NCBI GenBank assembly: GCA_019058315.1
Contig: JAHPZH010000003.1
Location: forward strand, 268,451-332,450
Direction: 5' to 3'
From: Candidatus Helarchaeota archaeon
GTDB lineage: Archaea > Asgardarchaeota > Lokiarchaeia > Helarchaeales > RDOG01
DNA length: 64,000 nt
Position 1 is the stretch's first letter. Each line of letters opens with the position of its first letter. Positions 40,716 to 48,118 of this stretch are shown here, piece after piece. A program made the position numbers and the translations under genes. The notes beneath the pieces were generated by a model. The model was not told where the DNA came from and ran no database searches. It saw only the letters and a list, made by a program, of their open reading frames with translations.

Positions 40716-41903
40716 ATGTCTCTTGATTTATTAGAAAAATATTCTAAAATTGTTTATTACTGTTCACACTGTCGATTATGCTCTATAGCAAACTACCATC
40801 TTTTAAAAGATTGGGTTCCTATTTGTCCCTCAGGCGAATATTTCAAATTTGAAAGTTATTTCTCCTCGGGAAGAATGGAATTAATACGTGGATTATTAGA
40901 AGGAGAACTCAAACGCACTAAAACTGAAACTATAATGAAAATAGCATTCGGCTGCCAAGTTTGTGGAGGTTGTTATACACAGTGCTCAGATCACACAGCC
41001 TTAGGAGAAACTCAGCAACAGGTGGAAACCTTTGAGGATTTAAGAACTGCACTTGTTGATATGTATGGAGCATTACCTAAACATCAAGAATTAGCTGATG
41101 ATACTACTAAGGACCATAATCCCTATAAGGATAGCAATAATAATCGTTTCAATTGGTTAGAGGGAAAAAATATTCCCGCAGGGTCAAAAACAATCTATTT
41201 TGCAGGTTGCACCGCCTCATTTCGGGAGCAAGAAATTGCTAAAGCTACTGTCAACCTGCTAGAAGCGGTAGGGCAAGATTTTTCTATTCTTGGACCAGAT
41301 GAATGGTGTTGTGGATCTCCACTTCTTAGAACAGGGCAGAGAAAAGTTGCGATGCCTCTCATTGAACATAATTATAATATATTAAAAGAAAGAGGGATTG
41401 AAAGAATAATAACAAGTTGTGCTGGCTGTTATCAGACCATTAAAAACGATTATCCCAAATTTTTAGGTAAGAAATTGGATATTAAAATTGTCCACTCTGT
41501 CCAATTTTTCCAAAATAAAATTAAAAGTGGAGAGTTGAAATTAAAAGGAAAAGATCTTAAAATTACTTATCATGACCCCTGCCATATTGCTAGACATGCA
41601 AACATTAGAAAAGCTCCACGTAAAGTAATAGAAGCCATACCTAATATAAAATTTGAAGAATTTCAACGGAATAAAAAGAATGCTTGGTGTTGCGGAGCAG
41701 GTGGTGGAGTTAAGAAAGCTTTTGGCGATTTTGCAAATTGGACAGCTAATCAACGAATACTAGAAGCGGATAAAATTAAAGATTTACAAGCTATCGTATC
41801 AACATGCCCTTTCTGTAAAAATAATTTAAAACAAGCTGTTGAAAGAATGGGTCGAAAATATAGAGTAATGGACTTAACTGAGTTATTGCAAGAGTGTATA
41901 TAA
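40716..41903 (+). CDS. HdrD/GlcF-like Fe-S protein with two CCG domains
   Basis: CSHCRLC...CP, CQVCGGCYTQC, YFAGC, WCCGSP, SCAGC, YHDPCH, WCCGAGGG and TCPFC. Confidence 0.92.
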   Translation: MSLDLLEKYSKIVYYCSHCRLCSIANYHLLKDWVPICPSGEYFKFESYFSSGRMELIRGLLEGELKRTKTETIMKIAFGCQVCGGCYTQCSDHTALGETQQQVETFEDLRTALVDMYGALPKHQELADDTTKDHNPYKDSNNNRFNWLEGKNIPAGSKTIYFAGCTASFREQEIAKATVNLLEAVGQDFSILGPDEWCCGSPLLRTGQRKVAMPLIEHNYNILKERGIERIITSCAGCYQTIKNDYPKFLGKKLDIKIVHSVQFFQNKIKSGELKLKGKDLKITYHDPCHIARHANIRKAPRKVIEAIPNIKFEEFQRNKKNAWCCGAGGGVKKAFGDFANWTANQRILEADKIKDLQAIVSTCPFCKNNLKQAVERMGRKYRVMDLTELLQECI

Positions 41904-42052
41904 TTTCGCAATTTTTGATTATTTTATTTATCAAAGATTGCGATATCAGTCATCTTTTTTTTTAAGTCTTTAAAATTCTAAAAAGTCCTTATTCAAATAA
42001 ATAAAAAATAATGTATTTTATATAATATAAAAAAAGTAAATCTCAATCAAAT

Positions 42053-42262
42053 CTATGGAATTTCAAGACACATTTCTTTTGCTTTTCTTACTAATTCGTC
42101 TAGTTCATCTAATTTTTTTCCTATCTTTACTAATTCTTTACCTTTATATTTTTCTTTAGCTGTATCAACATTTTCTTGAATTGAGTTTATTATATCACCT
42201 GTAGATTCTAATAAATCCATTATTTGTTCAATAATTTTATCTCTTTTTTCTTCTATACTCAA
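42053..42262 (-). CDS. Small hypothetical helical protein
   Basis: 69-aa ORF with TTG start after an AGGAG SD-like motif; amphipathic helical pattern. Confidence 0.65.
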   Translation of the reverse strand: MSIEEKRDKIIEQIMDLLESTGDIINSIQENVDTAKEKYKGKELVKIGKKLDELDELVRKAKEMCLEIP

Positions 42263-42358
42263 AACCTTTCTCTCCTAGCGTTTTATTCTAATATATTTTA
42301 TAATTTTTTTATTTTTCATTGATGCTTTCTTTTATAAAAATTTAAAAATTACTGAATA

Positions 42359-43168
42359 TCATTTCTCTAATTTTTGAAATTCCCATAAATCAATCTCATT
42401 TTCACAGACGGGACAAGATGCTTTTACTTTTATCCATTCCAAAAACTCGGTCTTATGAAGTTTAGTTCCACAAAATGGACAAATTGCAGTAGCTTCTTCA
42501 CTTTTTATATAATTTTGGCAAATTGCGCAAATACTTATTTTTAAACCACAATTAACGCAAAATTTTGCATCCTTTTGAATTAGTTCAAAACAATTTGGAC
42601 ATGTATTTTCCAATTCTTTTTCGATTGGACTTTCTCTAATAGGAATCAGATATGCTTCTTCTCTTTCAACTTCGCCAGGAGTTTCAGTCCGTTTCAATAT
42701 ATAGAAAGCTGATGATCCAGATATGAATTGACTAACAATTAATAAAATACGTAAATTGGAGGAATTGAGAGTTTGAATTCCACTATTAAAAATAAATATT
42801 AACAAATAAAAAATCAAGATTTCACGGATATCACTAGTTTCTATTAAAAAAATATAAAATAAGGTATTTGATAAAGTCTGGAAGCGAATCCAATACATAT
42901 TGTAAATGGAACCTATTAATAGCATATTCCATATTATTAAACCTAATATAAATCCTGTTTTTACATAATTTCTAAATTTAACTTCATCCGAATCGTTTAC
43001 AAAGAGAAATGAAACAATTATATCAAATATCCCTAATATTAAACTGAATAAAAAAGACCCACCACGTACTATAAAGGTCAATATTATAGATATCAAAACA
43101 TTAAAAAACCCCAGAACTTTTATTTTTGTAAATTCCTCCATAATTTCCACACTTATACTGATTTTCAA
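42359..43168 (-). CDS. Membrane protein with C-terminal zinc ribbon and RING-like finger
   Basis: Several TM segments; CPNC...CVNC; CAIC...CPFC...H...EW....CPVC. Confidence 0.8.
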   Translation of the reverse strand: MKISISVEIMEEFTKIKVLGFFNVLISIILTFIVRGGSFLFSLILGIFDIIVSFLFVNDSDEVKFRNYVKTGFILGLIIWNMLLIGSIYNMYWIRFQTLSNTLFYIFLIETSDIREILIFYLLIFIFNSGIQTLNSSNLRILLIVSQFISGSSAFYILKRTETPGEVEREEAYLIPIRESPIEKELENTCPNCFELIQKDAKFCVNCGLKISICAICQNYIKSEEATAICPFCGTKLHKTEFLEWIKVKASCPVCENEIDLWEFQKLEK

Positions 43169-43311
43169 AAATATAATATATTACATAATTCACAAAAATT
43201 TTAAATTATTTTATTTTGAAAATGTACCTAAAATAAGGCATTTCTTTAAATAAAAATAAATTTAATTGTGGTTATAATAAATTTTATTTTATTTTTGAAA
43301 GAGGAATTACC

Positions 43312-44703
43312 ATGAAGTATAAAGATAAAATTGATTTATACGATGGAAGAAACAATTGCATAGCTTCAGACATTCCATTAGAAGCAATATCACCATTACA
43401 TAATCCATATATTAAAAAAGTGCTTAATTTTGTTAAACGCACTTCTATTATTAATTTGGGAAAGCTTCAGAATGTAATGAAAAAAGGTACAGTCGGTGTT
43501 ATGACGGCAGTTAAACAAGATGAATGTAAAGTTATGAACACATTAGATATACCCATAGTTAAAGATGCTCCAGAGATTGCTGAACGTATTAAGAAACTAA
43601 TTGAGGTCCCAAATTATAATGGGACTCCTGATGATACAGAAGTTTTTCTGTGTGGTAATAATGAAATTATGCTTGTTAAAATGCCAAAAGCTAGGATGGA
43701 TTTAGCTGCTAGTAGAGATGTAGTATATACTTTTCCTGGTCAAGCTCTAGCTCAAGTGCTATCAGAAATGTATGATATTAACCCAGAAACAAATCCAGAC
43801 CATTGTGGTCTTATAAAAACTGCATTGTATGGAAGATATCCCCAAACTGTTCAATTTGCACCAGGAAACGTTATGGGCGCTTTTTTAAACCCCCCACAGA
43901 CTCAAGAGGGGGTTGGAATCGGATATAGGTTAACAACAATAAATAATATTGTAGCATTGACAGATAAAATTACTTTAGACGCAGTAGCGCTATGTTCAAT
44001 TCTAGAACAGGGCTGCCAATTAGAAACTGGTAATGCCGCAGGTTGGTATGAACGTTACTGTTTGCTGGGTATGGCATATCAAGGACTTAACGCAAATAAT
44101 ATTGTTATGGATTTTGTAATAGAGAATAAATCAGGAACAGTTGGAGATGTTATTCGCTCACTTATGGAACGAGCTATTAATGATGGTATTATTAAACAAA
44201 AAGGAGAAAAATATCCAGATATCTTATTCTCGGGTTACAAACTATATTCAACTTCAGATCCTTCATTATGGAATGCATATAATTGCACAGGGTTGTTAGC
44301 TGCATCTATTATTAATGTAGGAGCAAGTCGTGCAGCACAGTGTGTATCCGCAGTATTAGGTGCATATCCCGATTTAATAGCTTTTGAATCAGGAGGTTTG
44401 CCAGATCCCGATTTCGGTCGTATTATGGGAACTGGACTCGGGTTTTGTTTCTATACACATTCAATTTATGGCGGAGCTGGACCTGGAGCTTTTTCTCTTG
44501 ATCACGTATTAGTCCGTCACACCTCTGGGTTCTTCACTCCATGTGTTGCTGCAGCTATGTGCTTGGATGCGGGAACCCAAGTTTTTAGCCCAGAAGTAAC
44601 AAGTGGAAGTATGTTTAAGATTAAAGAGGTAATTGATATCTTTAAAAATCCATTAAATAAAGTCGCCGAGGCGGCGGAGGAGATAAAATCTAAAATAAAG
44701 TAG
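43312..44703 (+). CDS. mcrB: Methyl/alkyl-coenzyme M reductase beta subunit
   Basis: YKDKIDLYD, PLEAISPLHNP, GRYPQT, AYQGLNANN, GLPDPDFGR, THSIYGGAGPG and CLDAGTQVFSPEVTSG; GAGG SD. Confidence 0.97.
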   Translation: MKYKDKIDLYDGRNNCIASDIPLEAISPLHNPYIKKVLNFVKRTSIINLGKLQNVMKKGTVGVMTAVKQDECKVMNTLDIPIVKDAPEIAERIKKLIEVPNYNGTPDDTEVFLCGNNEIMLVKMPKARMDLAASRDVVYTFPGQALAQVLSEMYDINPETNPDHCGLIKTALYGRYPQTVQFAPGNVMGAFLNPPQTQEGVGIGYRLTTINNIVALTDKITLDAVALCSILEQGCQLETGNAAGWYERYCLLGMAYQGLNANNIVMDFVIENKSGTVGDVIRSLMERAINDGIIKQKGEKYPDILFSGYKLYSTSDPSLWNAYNCTGLLAASIINVGASRAAQCVSAVLGAYPDLIAFESGGLPDPDFGRIMGTGLGFCFYTHSIYGGAGPGAFSLDHVLVRHTSGFFTPCVAAAMCLDAGTQVFSPEVTSGSMFKIKEVIDIFKNPLNKVAEAAEEIKSKIK

Positions 44704-44704
44704 G

Positions 44705-45514
44705 GTGATTATTATTCCTGAAGAAAAACCAAAAGATAAAATAAAGTATCAGAGACAATTTTATCCTGGAACGGAAAAAGTATCTGAACGCAGAAGAAAA
44801 ATCATGGATCCTAATCGTAGATTAGTTAAATTGCGTGATATTCCAGATGACGATATTATCCTTTTACTTGGACATAGAGCTCCAGGGGCTTTATATGCTA
44901 GTGTTCACCCTCCATTGGATGAGATTTTAGAACACGAAGACCCAATTAAGTCAATAGTAGAACCAACTCCTGGTGCAAGGGCTGGTGATCGAATGCGGTT
45001 TGTTCAATTTACAGATTCTTTCTGGAGACCTCCATTTGCACCTTGGTTGCGAGCTAGAACATATTTCACTCGGTTTAGGGGGCTGGATACAGTTATTTAT
45101 TCAGGGCGACAACTTTTAGAAATGCGTGAAAGAGACTTAGAAGCTACCACCAAACTCCTTATAGAAACAGAAGTTTTCGATCCCGCTCGGACTGCACTTC
45201 GAGGAATCACAGTTCATGGACATGCATTACGTTTAGACTCCGATGGATTGATGTTTGACGCACGGAGGAGATATATTTATGATAAAGACATAGACGAAGT
45301 TGTTTATCATAAAAATATGAATGCCGAAGTTCTAGATATCCCTGTACCTGTCGGTAGACCTATGTCAGATGAGGAACTACAAGAATATGACGTTACATAC
45401 CGTTGGGATACTACAGCATATAAAAGCCGAACAGAATTGCTCATGATAGTCACGCGAATAACAAGAATGCGCATCTTGGGTGGTTTTAAACCAGATTTAG
45501 TTGCAAATATGTAA
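44705..45514 (+). CDS. mcrG: Methyl/alkyl-coenzyme M reductase gamma subunit
   Basis: QFYPG, LGHRAPG..Y.SVHPPL, PTPGARAGDR.RFVQFTDS, SGRQ..E.RERDLE and RGITVHGHALRL..DGLMFD. Confidence 0.97.
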   Translation: MIIIPEEKPKDKIKYQRQFYPGTEKVSERRRKIMDPNRRLVKLRDIPDDDIILLLGHRAPGALYASVHPPLDEILEHEDPIKSIVEPTPGARAGDRMRFVQFTDSFWRPPFAPWLRARTYFTRFRGLDTVIYSGRQLLEMRERDLEATTKLLIETEVFDPARTALRGITVHGHALRLDSDGLMFDARRRYIYDKDIDEVVYHKNMNAEVLDIPVPVGRPMSDEELQEYDVTYRWDTTAYKSRTELLMIVTRITRMRILGGFKPDLVANM

Positions 45515-45551
45515 AATTTTTTTTCCTATTTTTTTAATGATTTTAAAAAGC

Positions 45552-47957
45552 CTACTGAATTTCTTTTCGTTGTTTAGTGCTAGGAAATCCCTTTCGAAGC
45601 CATCCTATCATCCCACCGATTAGGTTTCGAACATCTTTAAAACCCGCTTGAGCTAATAGTCGAGCTGCCATCATCGATCTCATTCCAGAATGACATATTG
45701 TTACGATTTCTTTATCCTTAAATTCATTAAATTCTTCAATTTTATTCATTAATTCGCCCAGTGGAATTAATTTAGAACTTTTAATATGCCCTTCTGGACC
45801 GTAATATTCCTCTGGAGATCTTACATCTATAAGAAGGTCTGGCTTATCATCTGTTTCAAGACGTTCAAATAATTCATTTGGTTCTATATCTGATAAAGCT
45901 GGGGAATCAGGTCTTCTTAATTCTTTTCTAGAAATTTTGGGTAGTTTAACTGGTGCAATAACATCATCTTTCGAAATTTTACCTTTTTGTAATATTGCTA
46001 CTATTTTTCCCATACTTTTTTCGAGATTTAATAGTTTAATATTATCTGTTAATTTAACATATGCTTCTACACTTGATTTAAAACCTGGATCTGTTGCGAA
46101 AATTTTTAATTTCTTTTCACTTTCCTCAGGAAGTGTTTCAAGACCTTTTATTAGAGCATTCAATGGACCAGGACAGCTCAAACCACTAGCATCAATTTCA
46201 ATAAATTCATTACTTTCTTGAGATTTATCTTTGATAAATTCCTCCATAATTTCTTGAGGACTACCACATGCATTTATGATTTCCTCAGTTGTTGCCCTCG
46301 CCATTTCAAAAAGTCTAAATCCACCAGTTAAATTATAAACTTCTTTAAAGCCATTTAGTAATAACATTCTCGATGCCAAATAACTTCTAAAACCAGTTTC
46401 GCAAAACACATAGATTGGTTTATTCCTAGGAATTTCATCTAATCTTTTTCGTAATTCATCTACATGGATATTAATAGCGGCTTCTATAGGTCTTGTCTTA
46501 AATTCTGCTGGTGTTCTAACATCTAGAATAAAACCACCATTTTCTTTAATTTTTTCATAATCATGATAATGCCAAATTGGCATATCACCTTTAATAAAAT
46601 TTGAAGCTATAAAGCCAGCCATATTTATAGGATCCTTAGCCGAACTATAGGGTGGAGCATAAGATAATTCTAATTCTTCCAGATCGAAAACTGTTCCTCC
46701 CATTTTTATTATCGTTGAAATTATATCTATCCTTTTTTCAGCTCCAGAACCGCCAACAATTTGAGCACCTAAAATTTTTCCAGAAGACTTATTGAAGATT
46801 AATTTGAATGCTAATGGAACTGCACCTGGATAATAACCTGCATGATTATTAGGATGAAGAAATATTTTTTCATATTCATTTCCATTATTTTTTAATGTTT
46901 TTTCAGTTAAACCTACAAAAGCAGCAGTAAGATCGAAGATTTTAACAACAGAAGCACCTAATGCCCCATTATATTCTGAATCTCGACCAGCAATATTATT
47001 TGCAGCAATTCTTCCTTGCTTATTAGCAGGTCCTGCTAATGGAACCAGAGTAGGCTCATTTGTTTGAAGATTTAAAATTTGTACAGCATCTCCAACAGCA
47101 TAAATATGAGGATCTGACGTTTGCATTTGTTTATTGACTATTATATGTCCTCTAGGACTCATTTTGAGGTTTGAATCTTTAAGAAAAGCAGTTTCAGGTT
47201 TTATACCAATTGACATAATAATTAAATCAGTTTCGATTATTCTACCACTTCTAGTTTTAACATAAGGTCTATTTTTTTCAGTTCGTCCAAAAGAATCAAC
47301 CCCATCTTCTAATACCAAGCAAATTCCATTTAAAATTAATTCTTGATGGATAAATTGACACATTTCTTTGTCCATAGGAGGCATAACTTGGTCTAACATT
47401 TCAACTATTTTTACTTTCACTCCCATTTGACGTAAGTTCTCCGCAATCTCTAGACCAATAAATCCTCCTCCTATAACAACTACGTGTTCTGGTTTTTTAT
47501 TATCTACATAATTCCTAATAGCCACTGCATCAGGAATTGTTTTTAAGGTGAAAATCGGAACATCATCAATTCCGGGTAAATTTGGTCTTATTGCTCTAGC
47601 CCCTGGTGATAAAATAAGATAATCGTAGGATAGATCATACTCAGATTTATTTTTTAGATCTTTAATTTTAACTTGTTTATTATTTTGGTCTACTGAAATA
47701 GCTTCATGATTAATACGGACGTCAATATTATATCTATTGAGAAATCTTGAAATTGGTACTAATTCTAATGCCTTACGATCTTTGATATCACCACCTATAT
47801 AATAAGGCAGACCACAATTTGCAAATGATACATATGATCCTTTTTCAATCATTATTATATCAAAATCTTCATTAAGTCGGCGCAATCTAGCAGCAGCAGA
47901 TGCTCCACCTGCCACACCACCTATAATTACCACTTTTACCATTTTATCATTCCACAA
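45552..47957 (-). CDS. CoA-disulfide/persulfide reductase fused to rhodanese, TusA-like and a second rhodanese domain
   Basis: GGVAGGASAAARLRR, SFANCGLPY, GGGFIGLE, YAPPYSSAKDP; rhodanese loops FCETGFRS and ICHSGMRS; TusA motif IDASGLSCPGP...ATDPG. Confidence 0.93.
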   Translation of the reverse strand: MWNDKMVKVVIIGGVAGGASAAARLRRLNEDFDIIMIEKGSYVSFANCGLPYYIGGDIKDRKALELVPISRFLNRYNIDVRINHEAISVDQNNKQVKIKDLKNKSEYDLSYDYLILSPGARAIRPNLPGIDDVPIFTLKTIPDAVAIRNYVDNKKPEHVVVIGGGFIGLEIAENLRQMGVKVKIVEMLDQVMPPMDKEMCQFIHQELILNGICLVLEDGVDSFGRTEKNRPYVKTRSGRIIETDLIIMSIGIKPETAFLKDSNLKMSPRGHIIVNKQMQTSDPHIYAVGDAVQILNLQTNEPTLVPLAGPANKQGRIAANNIAGRDSEYNGALGASVVKIFDLTAAFVGLTEKTLKNNGNEYEKIFLHPNNHAGYYPGAVPLAFKLIFNKSSGKILGAQIVGGSGAEKRIDIISTIIKMGGTVFDLEELELSYAPPYSSAKDPINMAGFIASNFIKGDMPIWHYHDYEKIKENGGFILDVRTPAEFKTRPIEAAINIHVDELRKRLDEIPRNKPIYVFCETGFRSYLASRMLLLNGFKEVYNLTGGFRLFEMARATTEEIINACGSPQEIMEEFIKDKSQESNEFIEIDASGLSCPGPLNALIKGLETLPEESEKKLKIFATDPGFKSSVEAYVKLTDNIKLLNLEKSMGKIVAILQKGKISKDDVIAPVKLPKISRKELRRPDSPALSDIEPNELFERLETDDKPDLLIDVRSPEEYYGPEGHIKSSKLIPLGELMNKIEEFNEFKDKEIVTICHSGMRSMMAARLLAQAGFKDVRNLIGGMIGWLRKGFPSTKQRKEIQ

Positions 47958-48118
47958 TTTAGGAAATAAGAATAATATTTTCTAATAAGTAAAGATTTTA
48001 TATATATAATTCTTCTAATGAAGGAATTAAAAAAAATAGAATGCTCTTAATGTATTTAAAATGTATTTAAATTATGATTTTAAACAGAATTATAAATTCA
48101 AAAAAAATAAAAAAAGTT

